DNA of 63,587 nt, filler included, from Cercozoa sp. M6MM (GCA_040357565.1; 5 parts of 5 records of this genome joined end to end with filler, not necessarily neighbours in it); one strand, 5' to 3'; numbered from the whole stretch's first letter, positions 38,264 to 51,779 are shown. The notes: generated from the letters alone by a model not told the origin. Program-made: numbers and translations.

Positions 38264-39691
38264 GTACGCGAGCGTGCCGTTCACGTGGTCATTGACGCGC
38301 AGGACAAAGTCGACCACGGTGTCATCTTGCACCGACACCACGAGGTCCATGAAGCGACTTCTGATCTCGGTTCTGTGGACACAATGGACTGGGCATATCA
38401 CACGAACACACCAACAGATGAATGACACGCAACACACAGGTTATTCATGAGTCCCGTCAACACCTCTCTGTCTTGCTGTGCAGAAGAGGGGGGAGGGTAA
38501 AGGTGGGCGAAGCGGATAAAGGTTCAAAAGCAATCTACCTCGGAATCACGCGCCTCACGCAGCATGCGCTGTGTCAGTTGGATCGTCTCAAAGACTACTT
38601 CCATGTCACGACGCAGTTTCTCCAGGTACCTGGAGGGGATAAGGGGCTAAGATGGGGATAAAGGAACCGAGCACAGTGAACTGAAAGTACCCTTCTCGAG
38701 GCGCACGGGCAGAAGGCGCAACTGCGGCAGCTGAAGCACTCGCAGGCACTGATCGTTTCGGTGCCTGCTTTCACCGACACAACCACAGGATTACTTGTGG
38801 CAGACAAACACAGACAGCAGACAGTCGGGTGTGTTTTGCAAGTGGTACCTTGGTTACCGTCTTGTCGATGGCAGGAAACACAACGCCACTTCGCTCCATC
38901 TGGTCGAAAAGCGCCTTGAATTCGCCCTTCCTGAAAACAAAAGAGAACTCAAAAAAAAGTACTCGAGAAAGAAAGAGAAGGCACCGATCCGGGAAGTTGG
39001 TGGCCCAAGTCGCCAGCAACTCGGCCGCGCGGTCCTTTGAAAGCACCCAGTTAGACCAAAGAACAACAACACAAGAAACGTACTGAAGCTCGCGTCATGG
39101 AGAACTTGAGACACGCCTTGCCGAGCGCCGGCAAGAACTCGAGACGCGGCGATGCGAACGCATTGGCCACGTGCTACAAAGAAGAACAACAGACAGAACC
39201 ATCATCGGCAAAAGTTCTTTCACTCCATTATCTGAAAGAGTATATTTTGCTGGAGGATGAAAGTACACGTCGACCGTTTTTGAGCACCATGTCGGCCAGT
39301 TCGAGTGCGAGCAGGACTTGGTTCTCCTACTCAATGCATCGGTACACACGCAACACGTCCGGTGTCATCAAGAGAGTGACTTTACCTTCTTCGACTTGAG
39401 TCGCTTTCGCAGCGTTTTCACGACATCGCAACAACTGAAGTAATACAGAAATGTCACGCACACACGAAACATACAGACACACAGACACATTGGAAACTTA
39501 CTACTGTGTGGACTGGTTGCACATGTCGGAAATCACGAGGTTCTGCTCCAGGTCCGGCTGGATCAGGATGTCATCTGTCCACACAACACGACTCCGGACG
39601 CACCTGTGTCACACAGGTCCGAGGACTCAAACGTACTTGTTGCCTTCTTTACGGCCTCTTCGCCGGCAGTGTCGGTGGTGAAGATGCCCAT
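38264..39691 (-). CDS. TOM1-like VHS + GAT domain protein (3' end may be cut by contig end)
   Basis: VKKAT.DILIQPDLEQNLVISD; KDRAAELLATWA; LFDQMERSGVVFP (VHS); LRRDMEVV...DTVVDFVLRVNDHVNGTL (GAT). Confidence 0.82.
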
Positions 39692-39953
39692 GCGTCCAGT
39701 TCAATGTCAAAAGTGGGTCAACAAGAGGGTCAAAGTCGTGGCGCCGTTTCTTCAGGTTGGGACAATCCCGTCCGCTTGTTTTCCAGTTTCACAGACGCTA
39801 CAGTTTTGTACTGACGACCAAGAATCCTTTAATACGCCCAGAAACGTGTCGATCTTGCTACCTGACTCTGCAAAAACAGAACGTGTTTTGCTCAGCGCTC
39901 CCTTAAATGAAATGACTGAGCTGCTTTTCGCTCTGTACAAGTAGTAATTAGCG

Positions 39954-41276
39954 ATGTCGCGCCACCACAGACGACGAAGAGAGCGATCTCGTGACCGTGC
40001 ACACGACAGGGTCGGCGATAAGAGGGATTACTTCTGGCGACACTTTCCGGTGGAGAAACGCCGCGACTTGCAGATTGACGAGGAGGCGCTCTACTCGGTG
40101 TCCAAGTACGAGTTCGCGCTGCAGCAAGCCAAGGTTCTGCGTCGCTTTGTTCAGATCGCCAAGGACAGCGATGTGCGCAGCAGTGTCACCGATGGCAGCG
40201 CGTGTGTCGGCGGCGACACGCTCGCACTGGCCGCCGTGTTTCGGTACCTCTGGATGGATACAGGTCTGATCTTTAATTTTACACCTACGTCCTTTAATAG
40301 GTGTTTGTATATGTATCTTTATATATATAGATATATAGATATATTATATGACTACAGCAACGTGACGGCGGTGGAGTTAAATGAGGCGCGTTTCGAGATG
40401 CTACGCAGCAACGTGCGCGTTGCTCTGGACGAGTGCGACGCGCGTCACGTCACCTGTCTGTGCGGCGACTTCAACGAACTCGTATCGACGCGCGACGAAT
40501 TGGACACACTGGTGCTGTGTATATCCTATATATATATATATATCTGTATATGTATGGATGTTTATTCTGTGTTTATATTATGTTGCAGTGTTTGTACCTG
40601 GACGCTCCCTGGGGCGGCGTCGACTACCGCAGCAAGGATCGCATGGTTTTGCGTCTCGGCGAGCTGCATCTCGGCGACTGCGTCATGCGTGCCAAGGAGG
40701 CGCGTCCCGGTCTACAGGCCGTCGGACTCAAGCTGCCCAACAACGTCGATTTGGAGGACCTGCAGCAACGCCTCAGTGACTGCAGGGGCTGCCAGGTACT
40801 GTATCCTTCAGCACACCAGAGGCAGCACTTCTGGGATGTTCCTCTCTGCGTGTGTGCTCAGATGAGGATTGGCAAGTGGACTTTCGTTGTGCTGGACTTT
40901 GTTCGCTGCGAGGTACTGTCTGTTTAAAATGCTGGTTACATTACTGACTAATACTGATACTTACACTTAAACTTGAACAACAGAAGTCTTTCCGTCGCAA
41001 GATCGATGAGATCAAGGACCGCGTATTATCTGCGTTCTTTCTTTCTTTTGGGGAAAATTGAATCACTGGTGTGTTATCTGGTGTGTTAAAATGCAATAGT
41101 ATGCCTTGGAGGTTCGCCAACTGGACCAGATCAAGGATCGTCGTGGCAGCAAGTCGGACGAGCAACAGCCTCAGACTCAGGCTGACAGTGAGAGCAAGAC
41201 CGAGAGCAACGAGCAACCTGATGGTGTTTCCGAGGATGCTCGCACTCAGGCTGAGACTGCCAGTGATCATGAGTGA
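39954..41276 (+). CDS. RNA cap guanine-N2 methyltransferase (TGS1/Tgs-like), multi-exon
   Basis: LQIDEEALYSVS, VTDGSACVGGDTLALA, VTAVELNEARFEMLRSNV, LYLDAPWGGVDY; two further 3' exons to a TGA at 41276. Confidence 0.85.
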
Positions 41277-41635
41277 CACACGCAGTCGCCGAACCCCACC
41301 AGAAGTTTAATGTTACTGTAGAATCCTGTCACAGCATGATCTACTGTATCCGCGCGGAAGCCACTGTACAGCTTTCAAAATACCTCAGGAGAAATGTGGA
41401 AGTTTTTGACGTGCGTTTGCTGGTATCCTAGGCCTGACCTGCCGAGAGCCTCAGTCCAGACTGTGGCACAACCGTATTTGAGTAGGGAAAAGCCGATTAA
41501 ACCACTGATTTAAGCCCCCTCATTTACCAATGTGAGGGCTACGGTAACAAACCAGTGTTCTAAGGTACCGAAGACGACGGCATAAAGGAAGTGTGAACGT
41601 CAGTTAAATTTAGAAAAGTGGAGAAAAGGTCGTCG

Positions 41636-41856
41636 GGGTATGGCGGGGTTTTTCGAGGCAAAATCCGAATCTATAAAAATGCCTTTGGTATCGGCCTGGG
41701 AAAGGCACAAAAGAGAGAGGGCTTTTCTTACAAGTTAACAGGCCCCCAGAAGGCCTAAAAGCCCAGAACGAGGACCTGATTAGCATCTAATAAAAGCTGT
41801 TTGAGAGCAGTATTTTTGGGTGCTCTGATTTTGCCTCGAAAAACCCCGCCATACCC
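41636..41856. mobile_element. MITE, 221 bp, perfect 30-bp TIRs, 8-bp TSD GGTCGTCG
   Basis: TIR GGGTATGGCGGGGTTTTTCGAGGCAAAATC at 41636-41665 and inverted at 41827-41856; TSD at 41628-41635 and 41857-41864. Confidence 0.93.
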
Positions 41857-42272
41857 GGTCGTCGAAAGGGTGGAGGCTTTTTAAAAGACAACTAAATCAG
41901 CCCAAGAACTATCACGGCAGAATGTGTCAAATGCAAGGGGACGCTCCGCAGAAGGAAGCAGGATCAGAGGTACCTGAAATCAAAGTGCGTGAGGTGGAGA
42001 AAGCTTGACCCGAGCTAGGAAGTCAGGTCTGCACAACACGTGACAAAAACCTTCCCATCGATCATACAGCTTCAGATTAGATCATCCACGCTAACGAGTA
42101 GCCAGACGAGTGACTTGATTGATTGAGAAACCTTATGACGTAACATTAGTGAACCTGATACAGCAACTACCAATGATGGTACGGTAAAATTACACTAATG
42201 AGAACGTAAATTGCAAATTGCTTGATGCAAGACGATGGTAAACGCGTGAGGGAAAGCAGCGAAGCGGAGAGC

Positions 42273-43032
42273 TTAAGCGCCCATCTCGAGGTCCTGGAAG
42301 GCGGCCGTGATGTCGTCGTAGAGGCGCTGGAACTTGTCGCACACGGGCTCCTTGTTCTGCGGGATCGGGATCTCCTTGTTCATCTCGGTGAGTCGCGTGT
42401 AGACGTCGTCGCAGTGCACCTTGATGTCGGTGTAGGTGATGCGGCGGTTCGAGTCGCGCGAGTTGGCGATGACCTTCATGCCGAGGTCGTAGAAGTGGCA
42501 GAAGTTGCGCAGCATCCACTTGGTCTTCCACAGCGGGCAGCAGTAGTCCCAGTCGCTGAAGCCGTTCTGCTGCAGGAAGTCCTCGCGCACGATCTCGGCC
42601 AGACCGAGCGTGAGTTTCTGGTCCTCGGACAGCGAGTCCTTGCCGACGAGCTGCACGATCTCCTGCAGCGCCGTCTCCTGCTGCAGGATCTTCTTGAAGG
42701 CCGTCACCGACGGCATGAAACTCGGGTCGCGCGACGCCCAGTACTGCCCAAGGGGGGTAGGGTAAGGGTAAGGGTAAGGGTAAGGAGGTGGGGAGTAAGA
42801 GTGGAGGTACGTCTCGCAACACGCCCTCGTAGTTACTGAAGGAGAGGTTCCAGTTCACTGACGGGAAGTGCTTGCGCTGCGCGAGCTTCTTGTCGAGACC
42901 CCAGAAGACCTGCAGGCACATGGACACATACACATGACGGACAGGCAGGGTAGGTAGAGGGGGGGGGGGAGGTAAGTAGGTAGATGGGTGGGTGGTTAGT
43001 AGGGCTACCTGCACGATGGACAGTGTGGCCAC
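42273..43032 (-). CDS. ATP6V1A: V-type H+-ATPase catalytic subunit A, 3' portion (5' lost at contig end)
   Basis: TLSIVQ|[20 protein letters not shown]; [16 protein letters not shown]; [10 protein letters not shown]; CPLWKT. Confidence 0.96.
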
Positions 43033-43033
43033 A

Positions 43034-43133
43034 NNNNNNNNNNNNNNNNNNNNNNNNNNNNNNNNNNNNNNNNNNNNTTAATTAATTAANNNNNNNNNNN
43101 NNNNNNNNNNNNNNNNNNNNNNNNNNNNNNNNN
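43034..43133. other. Artificial contig linker
   Basis: N44-TTAATTAATTAA-N44. Confidence 0.97.
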
Positions 43134-43485
43134 AACAACAACTGCAAAAACAACAACAACTGCAAAAACAACAACAACTGCAAAAACAACAAGTGCCACT
43201 GCAAAAACAACAACTGCAACTGCACCAGTCGTGCCGAGTGCCTCCAGTCCGCCGCTCGCCAAATCGCGCTCGCGCAGCAGTGGCGGCTACGGGCAGGCCA
43301 AGCTGCGCATCTCTATGCCGTGGAAGCAGCCGCCCAAGCCGCCCGTGCTACCCAAGCTGCCCGTGCTATCCAAGCTGCCGCTGCCTCCCAAGCTGCCGCC
43401 TCTTGTCAGCGCGCATGTGCCGGCTGGTGCGCATGTGCCTGTTGTCCCCGTTGCGTCAGAGTCGACAAGTCACGGATTTAAATAA
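43134..43485 (+). CDS. 3' fragment of a Gln/Pro-rich protein; frame uncertain
   Basis: 18-bp QQQLQK repeats followed by PKLPVL-type repeats. Confidence 0.35.
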
Positions 43486-43588
43486 GTACTTTAGTCGTCT
43501 AGCAAAAATAAAGCTGGCGCAAGTTCCGTTCCGTTCGATCGTGCCAAACCAACACTCCGCCATACAACACTCGGCGGTACGGCAGCAG

Positions 43589-43994
43589 TCAGTTCTCGGT
43601 GGGCTGGCCGATACGAACGCCAGTTTCGTCATGCAGCACAACAGTGAGCGGTCTCTTGCCAAGCACGGGGTCAGTAACAGTAATCCGCGTGCCGTTGCTA
43701 GGAAAACACACGCACACACACACAGAATGACTGAGATGCGAGGAGACACAGCTGTAAGAGGAGGTACGTCAGTTCAAGTGAAGCGAGCGACTGCTGCAAG
43801 CGTTCTTGCACCTTGGGATTGCTGCTGAGTTTGGACATATATAGCATCTTGGTGTCTTTGGCGACAGAGGGGTTCTTGAGTGACGTGTCCTTCTGCTGAC
43901 ATAGGTGCTGACGCAGCTCGTGCAGCGTTGTGCTATGCAGGAAAACATATCTCAAACGGGCGGCAGTACAATGAAGAACACACAACGAAAGGAG

Positions 43995-44092
<98 letters not shown>

Positions 44093-45652
44093 GAGACAAA
44101 TCGCAGGAGACAGAGAACGGCTTGCGCGAGCACACGAGACAATCAGGCTCGGGCTGCATCGAGAAAGTCTGCGTGGCTGTGCCGGCGTGTCCCATGAACA
44201 TGAAGTAGTTGTCCACCGAGAAGGCGCACCAGGTGCAGAACTTCAGTGCTTCCGAGGCACACGCCGCACTCACTATTTATCAACCGTCCACGCTAGTTAT
44301 ACAGACACTCACACGCATCAACAATACCAAGTGCATTCGTGGAAGCAATGGCCGGAATGATGTTCTTGACTACTTGTTGCGTGAGTGAGAAGGTGACGCC
44401 ATCGATGCCAAACTCGGCAGCACGCGATGCTGCACGCTTGTACAGCCAGGTCCTAAAACAGAAGCAAGAGTAAGGAGAGAATGGAAAGATCAAGACACGT
44501 GACACACATATGGTTGACATCGTCCGAGTCCAACTCAGGAGCGTTAGCAGCTTCGCCTTCAGCAGCCAGCTCGTAGTCATCGCAGTCCTCCTGTATCACA
44601 GTAAACGAACTAATGAGGCAAGGCAAAGTCAAGGCAAGGCATCACAAATCAAAAGCTGTACAGGGTTTAGACGAGTCAAACGCGGCCATAGAATTTGCTT
44701 GGCATACGCGATGCAGTGTTCAGGCTGAAAAGCAAAGCCAATCCTCAGACACAAGAACCTCCGAGCAAAGTACGCACCTGGCGCGGCACAGATGCGATTG
44801 TGCACTGCGCGAAAGCTCGCGTTGGCGAAAGCAGACGCACACCGCACTCAAAGCAAGCTAGCCACCACAAAGTCACAAAGTGGACCGACTTAAATGAGGC
44901 AACAAACTAAGTACCAGTAAGGAAGGGCAAAATGAGACGAGCTTGACCCTTGAAACCCTCGGTGCCGCCATCGATCAGCGGAATCAGCGAATGCGGCAAA
45001 ACGTTGCCATCCTCGTCGAATTCAGCAAGATCACACAGTGTTGAGTTCAGCCAGCGACGAGCAGCAACATTGTCGAGACCAGCGATCACGACTAAGATAC
45101 GTCAAACAAATTAAACAAGTCAAACATCCGCGCGGACAATTATACAGAAATTAAGCTGCAAACTTACCATCGAAACTGGAGTAAAACTTCGGCGGGAAGG
45201 CCTGGATACGCGCGTGGTGTGCCTTGATCGTGACACCCTTGACACGTCGCATGACGAACTCGGCCGCCACGACGGACTTGGGCCGCCCAATGTCCTTCTT
45301 TCGGAACAGGAACTGTCGGTTCAGGTTGCTTAACTCGATCGTGTCCAGATCGATGACTTCAATGTTTTTGAAGCCACTCAGTGCGAGATCTTTGAGGATC
45401 TCGCAACCTAAGTAAAACACATGTAAACCGTCGGTAGGTTTAACCTTGTCGGGGTGTACCCAGACCACCGGCGCCAACAACGAGAACGCGCTTCTCATCA
45501 AGCTGCTCGCGAAGCTCCGGGCCAAATTCGATTGGCGGCGCGAACGCGCCTGACGCACCTGCGGCACACACACAAAAGTGAAATCCTTACGTTTGTTGAA
45601 GGGTGTCAAAGAACCCACGGTGGAGGAGATTGTCGATCGAGTGCGGCGCCAT
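43589..45652 (-). CDS. UBA3: NEDD8-activating enzyme E1 catalytic subunit
   Basis: VLVVGAGGL|[79 protein letters not shown]. Confidence 0.95.
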
Positions 45653-45912
45653 CCCTTTTTTGAATGAAGAAAAATACAAGAACAATCATCGTGCTGCAGC
45701 GTTCGTATGCTAATTTTACCCCAAGTATCTATTGGAAGCAATCAGAGGTTCCAGGCACTTGATTCTTGCCGTTGGAAGGCCTGGTTTCGCTAAGTCTGCC
45801 GAGAAAATCACACAATCGTGGCCAGCTGGAAGATTGAAAGCCACCGCTTTTTCTGTGCTCATTTGAATCCACAGAGCACTAATTTGCCTTAAATCCTGTG
45901 GTTTCAGTCCTT

Positions 45913-47679
45913 ATGGCTGAGGATTTGAGCAAGTTCGACTGGCCGTCGGAATATGTGATTTTTCTATCCTCCGTTGGCGTGGTTTTTCAAGCGCCATGGT
46001 TATTTCTTTCGTGCACATGTGATGTTTTACGGTGTTGTAGTATGCACATTGAATGTATAAACCCAAAGGATGGATGCATATGTGTGTCTGTCCGTAGAGA
46101 GATGACGCGTTGATGCAGCACTGGTATGCCTTTCTGCCAAAGGAGAACGACGACGAGAAGGCTTTCCAAGTGAGGCTTCAGTTCTGGTCGTCGCTTTTGC
46201 GCGACTTGCTGTCGTTTCGTGCAGTTTCGCAGCGGACTGACCCTTCCGCGCGGACGTTGGCAGTCAATGTGCACGATGTAGGTTTGTTATTCACGATGCC
46301 GTGTGAGCGTTCATGTGTGTCGCATGCAGCGTGTTGGCTGTTTATGCGTGTTGTAAGCAGCTTAATGAGATGCTTCGACGGCCGAATGGCCTCGTACCGA
46401 ACTGCATGGGTGCTGTGCTGGCCGAACTGCTTCGTCGCGAGCAAGCAATTCCAGTTTCGAGATATTCGCACGAGAAGCAGCAAGATGGCTGGGTGAAATG
46501 GCTCGTTAAGGGTGCCGTTCGCTTTTTCGCTGAAGATGAAGGTATTTCCGTCTGCTTTCGCCATGTTTCGCCATGTTTTCACGTACCGCTGTGTTTCAGA
46601 GAATATAGCAGACTACTCTGTTTTTTTTTTATTCTAGACGAGTACGAGTCCGACGAAGCGCTGGTGGTTGTTGCTGCCGCCGAGAAGCTCGCATCGACGT
46701 TGCTTGCGAAAGTGCGCGAGCGAGGTGACTTCGTGCTGTCGGCAGGTGAAGTGCGACACATGCTATCACCGGTGACACACATGAGCGATGGCGACTTTGA
46801 GATCGTGCTCGTGACACTGCAACGGAAGGGCTGGGCCTCGGTGCTGCAACGGCCGGGTGAGTCCGTCGTCAAGTTTCTGGGCAATGGCGAGGAGGTTCCC
46901 GAGGTCACACCGGGCGATGCCACGACTGTGGACTTGCGACGGTGTGCCAAGTCGCTTGCTCGTCGCGATCGAATGCTTGACGATCTAACACAGAGGTACT
47001 AAGTGCTGTATCCCCTCATGTTCCTACCCCTACATGTGCGCGGCGTTAGAGCACGAAAACAAGCGCTTCTGCGAAAGAAGAGCGGACAGAAGGAGCTGGC
47101 GCTGTCGGCTTTGAGACAGATGAAGACACTCCAGGGCACTCGCGCCACGGTGCAGAAACAGCTGCAGAACGTGGAGCAGCTGCTCATGGCTGTCGTTGGG
47201 GCCAAGACGGACCGGCAGGTCTTTAGTGCCATGAGACGCGGTGCCGACACGCTGCGCGATCTGCACGCCGACGTCGATGACAACCTTGAGAATGGTATGT
47301 GCTTCTGCAGGTGCAGAGGTGTGTCTATGGTGTTCCACACTCTGTAGTGGATGACATGATGTGCGACATTGCTGACGCTCTGAGTAAGACCGAATCCATC
47401 AGCGACTCCTTGGCACAGCCGGTGACGCAAGACGTCGAACTCGAGGACGAGGACACGCTTGTCGAGCAGTTGCAACGCATGGTGCTCGACGAAGACTCGC
47501 AGACCAGGGAACTCACACCCGCGCAGATCGACGACGAGCTGCGACGTCTCGAGGCCGACCTGCCCAGCGTGCCGATCACCTCTATTTCTGCCCCTGGCGT
47601 GCCGGCGACGACGACGAGCGCTAGCACTCGCAAGGAAACGCCCGTTGAACGAGAACGCGAGGCTGTAGTTTTGACTTAA
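45913..47679 (+). CDS. CHMP7: CHMP7-like ESCRT-II/III hybrid (winged-helix N-terminus + Snf7 domain)
   Basis: RLQFWSSLL, RRPNGLVPNCMGAVL, GWVKWLV, GQKELALSALRQMK, QVFSAMRRGADTL, C-terminal LEADLPSVP. Confidence 0.85.
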
Positions 47680-47910
47680 CTTACTGTAGTTAGGTGAGGT
47701 GAGAATTGCCGTGCGTTGCGTTGAATCGAATTGAATTCAAACCGAACCACCAGTGAAACTAACGTAAATCCAAAATAAGCGTCTCCCTATGCCGCGAATT
47801 CGTTGGCATCTGCCGGCATGAGGTGGCCGAGGGGACGCGGCAGAGGCCATCTGCCATACACCCATACACGTCGAAATTCCCTTGACACGAGAAACAACGT
47901 GAGGTGAAAT

Positions 47911-49190
47911 TTACGTGTTGACCACGGCGCCAAGAACACCACCGCCGTTAATGTCGAGAGAGGAGAGCGGCGTCACTTCGAACTCTCTGAGCTGCACGTC
48001 GTTGAGCTCGTTCTTTTTCATCTTTGACGAACCGCTGTTGCTGCCAAACACAAGCTCGACTGAGATTGATGGGGAGGGAGGTAAAGTGCCGGAAGGGGTA
48101 CCTCGAAGCACACACGTCAACGCCGCCACTCACCGTGGCTTCCGGCACACCCGGCGTCTGTCGGAGCACCTGCACGTGGATAACCTTGTTGGGAGACTTG
48201 CGCACCAGGTCGGCCACCTGACGCAGTGAGTTGAAGTTCTCCTTGTGCAAGTGCCCGAAGCGCAGGAAACAGTCGCCGACGCAGAGACCAGCCTGGTCGG
48301 CGGCACTGGTTTTCACCATCTGCGTCACAACTAGGAAGGCGTCCTGAAAGGCCGGATGCAGCTGCGACGACACCAGCATGCGTGGATCGAGACTGATGCG
48401 ATCGCTGCGCATCTTGCCGTAGTCGGTGGCGGCGTTTGTGCTCTTCACAAAACAACATTCAGAATAGATTTCAACCTCTGTCAATGTGTTTACCTTTGAG
48501 CTGGCAGCAGAGCCGGCGCGACCTTGACTGAAACGCGACTTGGAGCGCGACGTGCGAGAGCGACGCTGCGATGCTGCTTTTTTGTCGTGCAAGGCACCGA
48601 ACGTGCCACTGTTGTCTTCAAGCGCCGCACCGGAACTCGCGCAGAACTGGTGATAGCGCTCGGTCAGCGTGGCCTCATCACGAGTGGCCTTTTTCATGAC
48701 GCTAACTTGCGACAGTGTCTTACTGCACGACTGGCAGCACAGACGCGGCACGTAAACGGCTGCGCCAGCGCGGCTCACGCACTTTTGCAAGGCAAAATCG
48801 CCACTGTCCACAAAGCACTGGCAGCGAACGCACTGCAGGATGTGCTGTGCCGCCTTGACATCTTGACGAGCTTTGGAGTGTATTGCTTTCTGAAGCAGCT
48901 TCGCTTCCGCGATACTCACCGTTGTTCTGCGTTTGCAGAAAAGAAGAACTCTGCTTGGTAGGATAAAAAAGCGAATATAAGACTTACGGGTGGCCAAAGA
49001 AAAGGCGAAACTGGTTGTTGTTCATGGGAAACGTCCAGTGGCGAAGCGACACCAAGAAGCTCTCTTGTGCCCAAACACGTCCTGAGACACGCTCCTTTCG
49101 CCCTAACGCGTAACCTGCGCCGCAGGCGTGACCGTCGCTCCAGTCATAAGTGAAAGCCCGAAGGCACAGTGTTCGACACGCTGCAGACAC
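47911..49190 (-). CDS. Protein with a Cys-rich (CxxC..CxxC) region and a C-terminal PSMD9/Nas2-like PDZ domain; start uncertain
   Basis: AFLVVTQMVKTSAADQAGLCVGDCFLRFG..FNSLRQVADLV..VIHVQVLR, last exon FEVTP..GGGVLGAVV; CVRC...CQSC. Confidence 0.65.
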
Positions 49191-49421
49191 GTGTCACAGT
49201 TTAACTGTTACAATACAGTTTACTCTAGGAGGAAAGATGTCATTCGAGAACTTAGACGACATTTGGCATCTTAAAACCGAACATGTTTATGGCAGCGTTT
49301 CTCACTCTGCTTCGAAACACACCCACCTCCACAGACAAATACAACTGCCAAAATGTCAAACTGAGTAAGTCTGACTTCTGGTGCCGCTGGCGTCGAGCTA
49401 AACTACCACAGACACTTCAAA

Positions 49422-51499
49422 ATGGAAGGAGTGTCTGGAAGTGCAGAGAGTTTAGGAGCAGAGGCCGTTGAGCCAGCTGTGGCTTTGCCCAGCACGATGA
49501 GTATCCAAGTGGCTCCTAGAGTTTTGAGTACCGGTGAAGTCAATCAAGAAGACACCTCGGCGTCACTTCTGACCGAGCGGTCATTTAGCGATGTCTATCA
49601 ACTGAGGTCCCTTCATATTTCCGTTTCTTTCATAGTTTACAGTCAGTTAAAATTGCGGTTTGAACTGAAATGTTGACAGACGCAAGTTTCGGTCGCAAAT
49701 GAAAAGAATGCTAAACACCTTGTCGACTGACATCGGAAGCATCCTGCAGCACTCTGCAGCCAACATTTCCCGGCGTACGCACGCATCGGTTGTATCTCCT
49801 GAGGTGCTGACTATGCGCAAATCGGAGCCGCTACCTCGAAGCGTTCTAAAAGACATGCACGACTCCGTACAAAGACAACTGAAAAACATGTCAAGGACAG
49901 AGCAGCAATTCCAGCGACAAATTCGAGGTAGAGTGCGAACTGTCAACAAACTGGAGAAAAAACTACGCCTACAACCTCGTGAACTGCGACTGCTGCGCGA
50001 AATTTTCTTTGACGACCAAGCACAGTTGCCCGAAGCTTGCGATAACGAGGCAGTGCCGTATCTGAGGGACAGAGAAGAGTCGATTGTTGAGGAAAACGCA
50101 GAGCTCGCCCCCAGCGATGATTTGCTTGCCGTCGAAAAGTTTGTGCGGCGCCACGAAGATCAGAATATGAGACGCAGTTATGAGCGCTACGTGAGAAAGA
50201 AAGAGCATGAACTGCTTGAACGAATTCGAGAACAAAAAACAGCCGAACGGCAGCGAAAAAAAGAAGTCTGTTCTGCTCTAATCGATCGTTTCATTCAATG
50301 CCTCTCCTAGCACATACACTTTTGGTAACTTAATGACAGGAAGAAGCCCAGATCTTGAACATCATTCAGGAAGACGCAGCAAAGAAGCACTCACTCCATC
50401 GGGAAATTTCAACTGTCGCTGAGACTGTAACTCGTCGCCGAAGAGCAGCACTGATGCGCGAGCAAGAAGAAGAAGAGCTATTGCGCAACATTGAGAGAGA
50501 GGAAGAACTCTTGCGCGAGGAGGAAGAGCAGCAGCGTGAAGCCGAAAAGGCAGCACTCGACGTCTCTCTGATGCGACGCCAGCGCAAACACCGACGCAAG
50601 CTTCTGGACGAACTTGAAGGTACATGCAATTCGCTAGATGAGCATACTAATGTCACCCATGGACCGTGGTTGTCAATTAACTCTCGGTTTTGTAGCCGTT
50701 GGGCAGGAAAAGCAGGAACAACTGGCCGGGCTCCGTCAGGAACAGGGTACGCTTTTGCTTTCTCCTGCTGCCAGGTGGTGTCGACACATTGTGAACTTTT
50801 GCAGAAACAGGCGAAGCTGTAGAAAAACGCCAAGAGAAGCTACACAGCGTCGAAATCACGCGACTCACAGAAACGACAGCTACAACAGTCCTCGAAAAAG
50901 CAGAAACTGTTGCTCGCATCGAACAAGAACGCGAGAGGTGCACTCTCGAAGAAGAAAATTCCAACCCGAAGGCACCCTCAAGCAGTCTATCAGATCACGA
51001 AGCCCAAAGCTGCACGGAAACTCCTCGCAAGTCAACGGTGCAGATCGACTCACGAAAAACTCAGAAACCTTCTCCTGTAAAGCGGTATGTGAAACTGAGT
51101 AGCCTTTGCCCGTTTAACGAGCATCACTTTATTCACTGTAGGTGGGACTTCTCGAGACCAAACCACAACCAAACAGGTCAAGGAGCGAACACCGGCACCG
51201 CTTCAACCAGGCGTAAGAAAGAGAAAAATCGATTTACACAACTCGGTCGTAGCGACAAGGCCTCGCCATTGCCGTCGCAACTGCGAGCAACAAAAAGCAC
51301 CCGGCGGGGGTCTTCGGCTCAGACGAAGTCATCAGGAAGACAACGGAAAGCAGCAGCGGCGAGACAGGAACGAGTCGGTGAAACAACAACGAAACAAGAG
51401 ACTGAAGCAGCTCAACCAACGCTCCTGCCCTCGTACATGCGTCCACGTCGATCCCTGAGATCGAAACGAGTTCTGCTTGAGCGAGACAGGGACAGCTGA
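49422..51499 (+). CDS. Uncharacterised coiled-coil (E/R/K-rich) protein, multi-exon
   Basis: Long charged helical ORFs joined by GT-AG introns. Confidence 0.55.
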
Positions 51500-51779
51500 T
51501 CAAGACATCGCATCGACATACGGGAAACCTGTAATTTAACAGGACAGTTTACTCGTAAATTAAAACTTACCTCCAGAATTTGATGCGATGTAAATTTCGG
51601 GCAAAATTACTGGCAATTCGGCCCCCGCCTTGTCCGAGTTTAGATTAATGCTCCGGCCCAAACGACTAGGCATCCGACGCTCAGTTGTTTGAATAGAACC
51701 ATCAATCATTAATGCCAAACAATTCCGTCCCACCCAACGCACGCCAACCAGGCAGGGGCAGGACATTGCGTGGTGAAAA

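Noticed and set aside
38690-38770. Apparent FYVE-like Cys cluster SACECFSCRSCAFCPC in the VHS gene
   Set aside because: Wrong frame; the more plausible frame reads KQAPKRSVPASASAAAV, so TOM1-like rather than Hrs
40941-41279. Hydrophobic minus-strand ORF resembling a membrane protein
   Set aside because: Antisense shadow of the last TGS-like exons
42755-42785. (GGGTAA)n as an interstitial telomere
   Set aside because: Short, intronic, not TTAGGG; matches the local intron word bias
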